15,546 nt of DNA, from positions 1 to 15,546 of the IMG/VR virus record IMGVR_UViG_3300003848_000002, one strand, 5' to 3'. The translations under genes and the position numbers were made by a program. Positions within the stretch are counted from its first letter, which is position 1, and the number at the start of each line of letters is the position of its first letter. Origin of the DNA: a virus (lineage: Duplodnaviria; Heunggongvirae; Uroviricota; Caudoviricetes). Of the stretch, positions 7,122 through 14,767 are shown piece by piece. The notes under the pieces are model-generated. The model saw only the letters and a list, made by a program, of their open reading frames with translations. It had not been told where the DNA came from and made no database searches.

Positions 7122-7502
7122 ATGTTTATTGAAGTGTTTGCTAAATTTCTTCAGGACAAGAAGTTAGGCGTGATTGGTAAAGATACTTTCGCGCATCACA
7201 TGCCGGCTTCAGTCAAAAGCGGAATTTTGCTGGTGAATCCCAATACCGGTATTGCCATTGACCGCGAGCTTGATGGCTTTTATCAGGATGTTTTTACAGT
7301 AATCATCAGAGAGCCAACATTGTCTGCAGTGTCGGCCAGAGCTAACAAAATCATGGCCGTACTGCCTCTGCTTGATACAGAAGTCCAGGGCATTCGGTTT
7401 AAATTTGTTAAGCCTCTGTCTCTACCGATCATTTACCCGCAGGATGATGGATCGCTGTTCGAAGCTGGTATTCCCGTCGAATTTGCAGCATATCCAGTGT
7501 AA
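7122..7502 (+). CDS. Tail terminator / tail completion protein (126 aa)
   Basis: Directly upstream of the tail tube gene. N-terminal FLQDKKLGVIGKDTFAHHMP pattern typical of this class. RBS GGGGGTG. Confidence 0.7.
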   Translation: MFIEVFAKFLQDKKLGVIGKDTFAHHMPASVKSGILLVNPNTGIAIDRELDGFYQDVFTVIIREPTLSAVSARANKIMAVLPLLDTEVQGIRFKFVKPLSLPIIYPQDDGSLFEAGIPVEFAAYPV

Positions 7503-7510
7503 TCATCATT

Positions 7511-7565
7511 AAAATAGCTTCATGGTTACTTTTTTAAAGTAAAAAATAGCTATATACTTACTTTT
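7511..7565 (+). promoter_or_regulatory. AT-rich putative promoter/operator region of major tail gene with tandem 23-bp repeat
   Basis: AAAATAGCT-N6-TTACTTTT at 7511-7533 and 7543-7565; inverted repeat TTACTTT/AAAGTAA at 7526-7542; TATACT at 7553-7558 with no recognisable -35. Confidence 0.55.
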
Positions 7566-7583
7566 GCCGCAAGGAATGCGGCA
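7565..7583 (+). promoter_or_regulatory. Leader hairpin with AGGAA loop
   Basis: Perfect 7-bp stem TGCCGCA / TGCGGCA, upstream of RBS AAGGAG (7595-7600). Confidence 0.55.
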
Positions 7584-7610
7584 CTTAATGCAAAAAGGAG
7601 TTTGCAAACA

Positions 7611-8372
7611 ATGGCTAACACTCATGTTAAAAATATCAAATTAGGCGCTTGCAAAGTGTGTTTCGGTGGCCAGGATCTTGGCTACACTAAAGGCGGCGTT
7701 GAAGTTGAGATTTCTACCGAAACCCTCAAAGTCACCGTTGACCAGTTGGGTCAGACCACCATTTCCGAACTGGTGCAGGGTCGTAACGTGAAAGTTACCG
7801 CTCCACTGGCCGAAAGTGTTCTGGCGAACCTAGTTAATCTGATGCCTGGCTCGACCATGTCTGAAGATAAAAATACCCTGTCAATCAGCTCCGCTCAGGG
7901 CGTCAACCTCGTTGATGTTGCCCAAGAACTGATCCTGACGCCGCAGGACGGCACCGACTTCGTGCTGACTCTGCCGAAGGCCGCTACCGCGGGTAACTTC
8001 ACCATGGCCTACAAATCCGATGACGTTCGCGTGTTCTCCGTTGATTTTAACGCATACCCGGACGACGACGGCATTCTTGGAACCATGACCAACCCAAAGC
8101 CTAATGCTGGTGACGCATCTGTCGCAGTCACTGGCGTAGCTGTTAATCCAACCACGGCAAATATTGCAGTGGGCGGTACTACTCAGCTGGCCGCAGTATT
8201 TGCGCCTACCAACGCCACCGATAAAACCGGTACATGGGTATCGAGCAACACTGCTGTAGCTACTGTAGATAGCACCGGCAAGGTAACTGGTAAGGCTGCG
8301 GGTAATACCCAGATCACCTTCACCACCACTGACGGCGCGAAGACTGCTTCGGCGGCAATCACCGTCGCGTAA
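7611..8372 (+). CDS. Major tail (tube) protein with C-terminal Big_2 Ig-like domain (253 aa)
   Basis: ATG 7611 with RBS AAGGAG, preferred over TTG 7602. Tube domain LGYTKGGVEVEISTE. C-terminal ~83 aa (8121-8369: VTGVAVNPTT...TWVSSNTAVATVDSTGKVTGKAAGNTQITFTTTDG) is a classic Big_2 pattern. Confidence 0.92.
   Translation: MANTHVKNIKLGACKVCFGGQDLGYTKGGVEVEISTETLKVTVDQLGQTTISELVQGRNVKVTAPLAESVLANLVNLMPGSTMSEDKNTLSISSAQGVNLVDVAQELILTPQDGTDFVLTLPKAATAGNFTMAYKSDDVRVFSVDFNAYPDDDGILGTMTNPKPNAGDASVAVTGVAVNPTTANIAVGGTTQLAAVFAPTNATDKTGTWVSSNTAVATVDSTGKVTGKAAGNTQITFTTTDGAKTASAAITVA
8093..8135 (+). other. Candidate -1 ribosomal frameshift signal in major tail gene
   Basis: In-frame C_CCA_AAG (8093-8099), 6-nt spacer, 9-bp stem GCTGGTGAC / GTCACTGGC (8106-8114 / 8127-8135); -1 frame stop TAA at 8102-8104. 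Confidence 0.6.
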
Positions 8373-8378
8373 CACCTA

Positions 8379-8401
8379 AAGAGGCTCAGGACGAGCCTCT
8401 T
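8379..8401 (+). terminator. Hairpin after major tail gene (weak terminator or leader element; AGGAC loop)
   Basis: Perfect 9-bp stem AAGAGGCTC / GAGCCTCTT followed by GTTT (interrupted U tract). Confidence 0.55.
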
Positions 8402-8419
8402 GTTTAAATGGATTTGAAA

Positions 8420-8737
8420 ATGACCAAATTACTCGATCTGGATGCAATCTCGCCTCCACAAAAAGCAATCAAATTCGGCGGCAAGAAATACCCGATCGTC
8501 GAAATGACCGTTGGTCTGTTCGTCGCTATTAAGCAGATGGAAGGGAAGGATCTCTCCGCTCTGTCTATGGCCGATCAGGTAACCTCATACGCGGATCTGG
8601 TGCAGAAGTTACTGCCCACCGTTACCCCTGAAGCACTTGAAAAGCTGTCGCTGCCGCAACTGCAGCAGGTGTTCACCTTCGCCATGGAAGTTGTTGAAGA
8701 AGAGAACGAAAAAGCTGCCGGTGAAGAGGCAAAGTAA
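8420..8737 (+). CDS. Tail assembly chaperone G-like (~105 aa; alternative start 8408)
   Basis: Small acidic helical ORF between the tube gene and the tape measure gene. GGA at 8410-8412 favours ATG 8420. Confidence 0.8.
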   Translation: MTKLLDLDAISPPQKAIKFGGKKYPIVEMTVGLFVAIKQMEGKDLSALSMADQVTSYADLVQKLLPTVTPEALEKLSLPQLQQVFTFAMEVVEEENEKAAGEEAK

Positions 8738-8760
8738 TTACCCGCGATGAGTCCGGGCAG

Positions 8761-9090
8761 ATGGTGACGGTTTCCATCGATCTCGGATTCTATTTCAGTC
8801 GTGTTGTTGCTCACTATGCCGTTTCACCGAGAGAACTACTCCAGCTGCCGTTGGCCATGTTTTGGATGTTAAGTCGAAACATTGATCGTCTCCGGGCTGA
8901 AGAGGATGTCCGCAGTTTCCAGGTGGCAAGAGTCGCCCAGGCAGATGCGGATAGCGGCAAGGCGTTCATGGAGGGTTTGCAACACCGTATTGGAAGACCA
9001 GTCGTTACCGATAAAGTCTACGATCCAAGTTATGCGAAAGCAGACCCCGACGCCAAAGAGCAACTGATGAAAATTTTTGGCGCAGGATGA
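8761..9090 (+). CDS. Tail assembly chaperone T-like segment (probably expressed as a G-T fusion by -1 frameshift)
   Basis: In the -1 frame relative to G and open from 8725, so it overlaps the G 3' end. Only a weak RBS before ATG 8761. Ends next to the tape measure start. Confidence 0.75.
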   Translation: MVTVSIDLGFYFSRVVAHYAVSPRELLQLPLAMFWMLSRNIDRLRAEEDVRSFQVARVAQADADSGKAFMEGLQHRIGRPVVTDKVYDPSYAKADPDAKEQLMKIFGAG

Positions 9091-9097
9091 CAAGGGA

Positions 9098-12000
9098 ATG
9101 TCTGACAACGTAGAGTTTATTCTGTCGCTGGACGATAAAAAGTTCACCGCGGCAATCGACCGGGCGGGAAAACTGCTGGTCAGTTTTGGCGAGAAGGCCA
9201 CAAAGCCAGCCCAAAAAATCGCAACACTTGAGCGCTCTCTTGGTTCAGTCGCCGGGATTTTGGGGACGCTCGACAAAAAGCTGGAATCGGTCGCCAACGG
9301 TCTTCAGGACTTAGGCGCCGGTTTCGAGCTTGTCTCAAAGGCCATGCGCGACACCAGACAAGAGCTGGTGGCGTTCAATGCCAACCTCAAAACCTACACC
9401 ACTCGCATTGACGCTGCTGATAAAGCCACAAAAGGGTTTCATCATTCGCTGCAGGCTGTCCAATCTGAGCTGAGTGATTTCTCCGATTGGGCTAATCATG
9501 CTGGTCGCTCTGCATCATCATTTGGCCATGAGGTCAAACAAGCTAACACCGCAACCTCTGGCATGAGCACTCGTTTGTCCAACTCCAGCAAGAAAATGGA
9601 GAATTGGGCTGCATCGTCCACCAAAGCCGCCACCCAGATGAAAAAGGTCGTGGCGGAGATGGACGCGCTTATTAACCGCCAAAGAGAATTGGGCAATCTG
9701 CGAGCGGATGTACGTGGACCTGGCCGTGGTGGTTCCGGTGGTCGTTCGGGTCGTGGTGGTCGTCACTCAAGCGGCGGTCTGATGGACGGCATGAGAGGCA
9801 ATATCTTCATGCTCGGTGAAATCGGGGATGCAGCCTATACCGTTCAGCAGATGTTGTTTGGTTGGCAGGTGCCAATCGTCGAAGCAGCAGCCCAGATGCA
9901 GAAGATGCGCATCTTGCTTGAAGGCATGAACAAAGAAGCAGCCAACCCGAAGCTGGCTGCGACTAATGACATGAATTACATCGTGAACATGGCTAAAACA
10001 GCCCCGTTCGCAATGGAAGCGCTGACAGACGCATTCGTTAAATTCAAGTCAGCTGGCATCGATCCCGCTAATGGCTCTCTAAAGTCGCTGGTTGACTCTG
10101 TGGCTCGCTTTGGTGGCGATAGTGAGCTGTTGAAGCGAGCAGCTGTAGCAATCCAGCAGATGTCCGGTAAGGGCGTCATTTCGATGGAAGAGCTGCGTCA
10201 GCAATTAGGTGAAGCAGTTCCTACCGCGATGCAGGCAATGGCAGATTCCGCAGGCGTTACCATGGGGCAACTGACCAAGGCGATTTCTACCGGTACTGTC
10301 TCAGCGAAGCAGGGTTTAGAGCTGTTATTCCAGGGGCTTGATGCTCAAAGCCGTGGTGCAGCCGAAAATCTTATGCAGGCATACAGTGGGGCGCTGGCTC
10401 AACTCCAGACCTCATTCACTCTGTTTGCCGATCGTATTGGCCGTGCTGGCTACCTTGAATCAATCACTAAAGCCTTCAAAGAGTTGTCCAGTTACATGAA
10501 CAGCACTGACGGGAAGGTGTTTGCGCAGGATCTGGGCGAGGGGCTGTCCACTGCGGTAAACGCGCTAATGGATATGGCGAAGTGGGCGGAGCGTAACAAA
10601 GAGCTGCTTCTCACGCTCGGCCAGACTGCTTTAGCATTAATCGGCTTTAAAGTGCTGAAAGGTACTGTGACAGGGCTGGCCACTGCAGGTACACAAATGG
10701 GAGGCAGCTTCAAAAAAGCATTTGAGGTCGTAAACGGCGCTGGTGCGAAAACAATCAGTGTAATTGCCGGTGTAGTTAAAACATTCCGTGATCTCGGCGG
10801 CACCGCGGCGATGATCATCTATGTAGGCGAGGCCATTAAGATGGTTCGCACCGCATGGCTGGCATTCCAGGCCGTGATTGTGGCCAACCCTGTGGGCGCA
10901 GCAATTACCGCAATTGCTTTAGCGGTCGGTGGGTTAATCACCGTAATGTCATCGCTGCGTGACAAAACCGCCGAAACAGTAGCGGAGATTCGCAAGATCC
11001 CTGAAGCGATGACAGCGGCACAGCGATCTCAAATGACCGCTCGTATCAAGCAGCTAGAGAGCCAGAACAGCGGCGATCAGCAGACCCTTGATGCGATGAA
11101 GAGCGGTGGCCTTTCGTCTTCAGCAATTGGTGTTGATCAGAAGGCACTTCAGTCGCGGTTAGAAGCAAATAAGAAGGAGTTGGCTCAGCTTAAAGAGACC
11201 GTTGGTATGGGTGATAAAGCCCAATACGAGAACCTGGCGCGCGATATTGTCACCAAACGCCTGGAAGACGTAGACAACGGCATCAAAGCGGGGATGGCTC
11301 AGTACAGCACCACTACTCTTAAGGACGCACGCAATAAGCGCACGGTGCTTTCGCAAGACCAGAAAATGTCTCCATCTGAGAAAAGCGCGCAGCTGGAAGC
11401 AATCAACGCTGCCGATCGCGACGCTCATCTCAAGCCATTCCTGGATGGGGCAGACAAAACCCAGAAGATCGTCGATAGCCTTGGGCAAGAGGTTGTTCGA
11501 ATTACGAAGCTGCTGGAAAACCCGAACCTGAATGACAGCGACCGCTCGCGTCTGCAAGGTCAATTGAATGGCCAATCTCAGGCATACAACACCGCGCAGG
11601 AATCACTCAGCAGTTTACAGGGGCAAATTAAGAACATCCGTGAACAATCTGGTAAGGGCTTGCAGATGCTGGATGGTTCTTATTATACCGGTGTTGGCGG
11701 TACCAAAAAGCAAGATGATCGCCTGAACTCACTGTTTGTAAATTCCCAGCTCGGTACTGGCAAACAAACCCGAATGAATCCAGACGGCACAATCATGCGT
11801 GATATTGCCGGCGATGCTGTAAAGGGTGATGCCCAGCTGAAGGCTAACACTAAGCTGCGTTCTATCTACGGCGAAACCATTAAGATGGAGCAACTTACCG
11901 CAGACCAGCGCGAGAAGATTTCTTCCATCCTGACCGCGGCAAAGCTGAAGGATGAGCAAAAAGCCCAGCGCGCAGCTGAGCGAGCGGGTAAATCTGCTGA

Positions 12001-13675
12001 ATCAGCGGCTAAGCGTGAGGAGAGTGCGCGTCAAAAGGCAATTAAAGCCAATGAGACGTGGATCGGAAGAGCGGAGCAGATGGCCGGCCAGTTGGGGTTG
12101 TCATCGAAAGCGAGCGTTGAGTTCGACCAGAACATTCAGGAAGTCACCAAGCACCTGACTGAGATGGCTAACGCAGTGCCAAGCGATACGCTTTCCAAAG
12201 GGATGATCGACAACGCCAAAACCATGCTGGCGTTCATCAACCAGAACAAGGACGCCTATTCCAAGCGGCTGAATCAAGACGCTGCCGAACAGAGTATTGC
12301 CAAGTTCGCTCCGATGGCCAACAAGGTGATCAGCTCAGGCTACACCCCGGATTATCAATCTACGGCGGCCGAGTGGAATAAGAAGTTTAACGAAAGCCTG
12401 GCTTACCTGCAGAGTCAGTCGAAGAACGCTCAAGACCAGGGCATGAAAGAGGTGTACGACCGTGCAATCTCACAAATGCTGGCTGGCCGAAATAAAGCGT
12501 TTATTGCAGAGGTTGGCACGTCTCAGCAGAAATTGGCGCAGGAGTACAGCGATGTAGCCTCGCAAATGGAATCTGTGTGGACGAGCTGCTTCGAAAATCT
12601 GACTGATAAGCTGACCGAGTTCGTCAAAACAGGCAAGTTCAGCATCGCTGATTTTGGCGATTACATCTTTGACGAAATGTTGAAGGTTAGCACCAAAGCA
12701 CTGGTTGTTGAGCCGCTTATGCAGTCGCTGGGCAAGGGTACAAACTCAGGAGCCAGTTGGGGCGATAAACTGTCGGGTGCCAAAGATGCGGTTATGGGGA
12801 GCTTCACTAAAACCCAGCAATCAAGCTCGCCAGTTGAGGCAATGTCTTCACCAGCCAGCGCCGGTAACGACTCTGGCAGCATGTTTGATGGGCTAAAGAA
12901 CTCCTTCAAGTCACTGACCACATCCTTATCGGATCTGGCGTCATCAGGTTTGAAAAGCCTGAAAGATGGCTTCAACGAATTGACGGGCAGTACCAAAAAC
13001 TCGACAACCGCGGTGACGCAAAATGCAGTCTCTACTCAAGAGGCGACATCTGCAACTCGTGGATTCACTTTGTCAGCAAGCACGGCTGTAACTGCGATCG
13101 GTGCGACGATTTCAGCGCTGGGCGCTGCTACAGGCAATAAGTGGATGGGGTATGTAGGGGCGGCCGCGAGCATTATGGGGTTGGCATCATCTGCGTATGG
13201 TGCGATGTCCTCTGCCGGTTGGACAGGAAACTCGGCCAGCACGGTGCAGGATGGAACCGAAGGTTTTCAGGTCAAGCCAAACGCCAATCAGTTTCAGGTG
13301 ACGGCACACGCCAAGGGCGGGGTGTTCGGTCCAGACGGTGTGGTTCCTCTCAAAAAGTACGCCAAAGGCGGTATCGCCTCATCCCCGCAGCTGGCGTTGT
13401 TTGGCGAGGGCAGTCACAAAGAGGCGTATGTGCCACTCCCAGACGGGCGTTCGATCCCGGTGACGTTTACTGGCGGTGGCGAGGGTGCTGGCGGCGACAG
13501 TGTGGCGATTTCTATCACTGTTCAGAATTACGGTGACGGTAGCAGCAAGTCATCTGAGAACTCGGACAACGGCTCTCAGTGGAACGATATGGCTCGCAAA
13601 GTTAAGGCGGTCGTGCTTGACACACTGACCGACGAAAGCAGACCGGGCGGCATGTTAAGCAGTACAAGCAAATAA
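9098..13675 (+). CDS. Tail tape measure protein (~1525 aa)
   Basis: Longest ORF, Ala/Gly/Ser-rich helical composition, tape-measure domain (AKTAPFAMEALTDAFVKFKSAG...AIQQMSGKGVISMEELRQQLGE), hydrophobic central stretch, C-terminal HAKGGVF...FGEGSHKEAYVPL motif. ATG 9098 (AGGA at 9084-9087) is preferred over TTG 9077. At the lambda rule of ~0.15 nm per residue this implies a tail of roughly 230 nm (inference). Confidence 0.95.
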   Translation: MSDNVEFILSLDDKKFTAAIDRAGKLLVSFGEKATKPAQKIATLERSLGSVAGILGTLDKKLESVANGLQDLGAGFELVSKAMRDTRQELVAFNANLKTYTTRIDAADKATKGFHHSLQAVQSELSDFSDWANHAGRSASSFGHEVKQANTATSGMSTRLSNSSKKMENWAASSTKAATQMKKVVAEMDALINRQRELGNLRADVRGPGRGGSGGRSGRGGRHSSGGLMDGMRGNIFMLGEIGDAAYTVQQMLFGWQVPIVEAAAQMQKMRILLEGMNKEAANPKLAATNDMNYIVNMAKTAPFAMEALTDAFVKFKSAGIDPANGSLKSLVDSVARFGGDSELLKRAAVAIQQMSGKGVISMEELRQQLGEAVPTAMQAMADSAGVTMGQLTKAISTGTVSAKQGLELLFQGLDAQSRGAAENLMQAYSGALAQLQTSFTLFADRIGRAGYLESITKAFKELSSYMNSTDGKVFAQDLGEGLSTAVNALMDMAKWAERNKELLLTLGQTALALIGFKVLKGTVTGLATAGTQMGGSFKKAFEVVNGAGAKTISVIAGVVKTFRDLGGTAAMIIYVGEAIKMVRTAWLAFQAVIVANPVGAAITAIALAVGGLITVMSSLRDKTAETVAEIRKIPEAMTAAQRSQMTARIKQLESQNSGDQQTLDAMKSGGLSSSAIGVDQKALQSRLEANKKELAQLKETVGMGDKAQYENLARDIVTKRLEDVDNGIKAGMAQYSTTTLKDARNKRTVLSQDQKMSPSEKSAQLEAINAADRDAHLKPFLDGADKTQKIVDSLGQEVVRITKLLENPNLNDSDRSRLQGQLNGQSQAYNTAQESLSSLQGQIKNIREQSGKGLQMLDGSYYTGVGGTKKQDDRLNSLFVNSQLGTGKQTRMNPDGTIMRDIAGDAVKGDAQLKANTKLRSIYGETIKMEQLTADQREKISSILTAAKLKDEQKAQRAAERAGKSAESAAKREESARQKAIKANETWIGRAEQMAGQLGLSSKASVEFDQNIQEVTKHLTEMANAVPSDTLSKGMIDNAKTMLAFINQNKDAYSKRLNQDAAEQSIAKFAPMANKVISSGYTPDYQSTAAEWNKKFNESLAYLQSQSKNAQDQGMKEVYDRAISQMLAGRNKAFIAEVGTSQQKLAQEYSDVASQMESVWTSCFENLTDKLTEFVKTGKFSIADFGDYIFDEMLKVSTKALVVEPLMQSLGKGTNSGASWGDKLSGAKDAVMGSFTKTQQSSSPVEAMSSPASAGNDSGSMFDGLKNSFKSLTTSLSDLASSGLKSLKDGFNELTGSTKNSTTAVTQNAVSTQEATSATRGFTLSASTAVTAIGATISALGAATGNKWMGYVGAAASIMGLASSAYGAMSSAGWTGNSASTVQDGTEGFQVKPNANQFQVTAHAKGGVFGPDGVVPLKKYAKGGIASSPQLALFGEGSHKEAYVPLPDGRSIPVTFTGGGEGAGGDSVAISITVQNYGDGSSKSSENSDNGSQWNDMARKVKAVVLDTLTDESRPGGMLSSTSK

Positions 13676-13685
13676 GGAGTGGGGA

Positions 13686-14018
13686 ATGTCACGGACGACA
13701 TTTACCTGGTTCCCGTTGTTTGATTCCGAGAAGGAGGTGAAGCCGGAAGTAACCCGGCTCGCCTTCAACGAAGGGTATGAGCAACGTGTAACCAGTGGTT
13801 TGAACTGGCGCAAATCCAGCTGGGATCTGCAATTCCAGGGTACACGAACTGAGATGCAGGAGATCGACGACTTCCTGTATGCGCGCGGCGGGGTGGAATC
13901 ATTTGACTGGATTTCACCAAACGGGCAGAAGGTTGTCGTGGTGAGCGATAGCCATAAGGTCAAAAACTCACGAGGGTACGCGACCTTGACCACAACTTTC
14001 CGCCAAGTATTTGAGTAA
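13686..14018 (+). CDS. Distal tail protein, lambda gpM-like (110 aa)
   Basis: TFTWFP, FNEGYEQRVTSGLN, IDDFLYARGGVESFDWISP match the lambda gpM family; RBS AAGGAG at 13674-13679. Confidence 0.9.
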   Translation: MSRTTFTWFPLFDSEKEVKPEVTRLAFNEGYEQRVTSGLNWRKSSWDLQFQGTRTEMQEIDDFLYARGGVESFDWISPNGQKVVVVSDSHKVKNSRGYATLTTTFRQVFE

Positions 14019-14022
14019 CAAA

Positions 14023-14060
14023 AGCCCTCCAAGGATGGGGGGCTAATATTCAAGGATGAA
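14023..14060 (+). promoter_or_regulatory. Gene L leader with two CAAGGATG elements, each in a hairpin loop
   Basis: AGCCCTCCA-AGGA-TGGGGGGCT (14023-14044) and TTC-AAGGAT-GAA (14049-14060). The second overlaps the RBS of ATG 14069. Confidence 0.55.
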
Positions 14061-14068
14061 GATAGAAA

Positions 14069-14767
14069 ATGGAAACTATTGTATCGAGTATTCAGTCGCT
14101 CCAACCGAGTGCGCTGATTGAAGTGTTTGAGCTGGATATGTCAGTAACTACCAGCGGTGGGAAGCTGTATTTTCATGCAGGCACCAACGAACTTTCTGAA
14201 CCAATTATCTGGCAGGGGGTAACCTATAAACCATGGCCAATTGCGGCATCTGGTTTCGATAAAAATGGCCAGGGCAAGTTACCGCGACCAAAACTGCAGG
14301 TGAGTAACCTCGATGGAATTATTTCGGCTGAAGTGCAGTCGAATGAGGATTTGATCGGCTGTAAGCTGATTCGTCGAGTCACGCTCGCTCGATTTTTAGA
14401 TGCTGCCAACTTTACTGAGGGCAACCCAACAGCTGACGCGAACCAGCATTTTGCCGATGAGATGTGGTACATCGACCAAAAGACTTTTGAGGATCGGGAG
14501 ATTGTTGAGTTTGAGCTTGCCTCAGCCTTCGATCTGATGGGGGTTATGCTACCCAACCGCCAGATCGTCAAAAACTCATGCCAGTGGCAGTATCGAAGCG
14601 CTGAGTGCGGTTATACCGGTCCCTACTTTGACAAAAATGACGCTCCAACCAAACTGGCCAGCGCCGACTATTGCACCAAACGATTGTCATCGTGCCGTGC
14701 TCGGATTAATTACTTTGCCAATGGCATCATTGCGTTTGGCGGGTTCCCCGGAGCAAACCGCGCATGA
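14069..14767 (+). CDS. Tail tip protein, lambda gpL-like (232 aa)
   Basis: LIEVFELD, WQGVTYKPWPIAASGF, PRPKLQVSN, VEFELAS, FGGFPG motifs. Four Cys in C-x8-C-x21-C-x6-C (codons at 14579, 14606, 14672, 14693), matching the Fe-S ligand arrangement known for lambda gpL. Confidence 0.92.
   Translation: METIVSSIQSLQPSALIEVFELDMSVTTSGGKLYFHAGTNELSEPIIWQGVTYKPWPIAASGFDKNGQGKLPRPKLQVSNLDGIISAEVQSNEDLIGCKLIRRVTLARFLDAANFTEGNPTADANQHFADEMWYIDQKTFEDREIVEFELASAFDLMGVMLPNRQIVKNSCQWQYRSAECGYTGPYFDKNDAPTKLASADYCTKRLSSCRARINYFANGIIAFGGFPGANRA

Noticed and set aside
7523-7531. TGGTTACTT as a P1 Lpa-type late operator (recalled consensus AAGTTACTT)
   Set aside because: Two mismatches, and it lies near -38 relative to the putative start rather than near -22.
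9083-9097. CAGGATG before the tape measure start as another CsrA-type site
   Set aside because: Explained by the overlap of the T gene's GGA TGA end with the SD; no presenting hairpin was seen.
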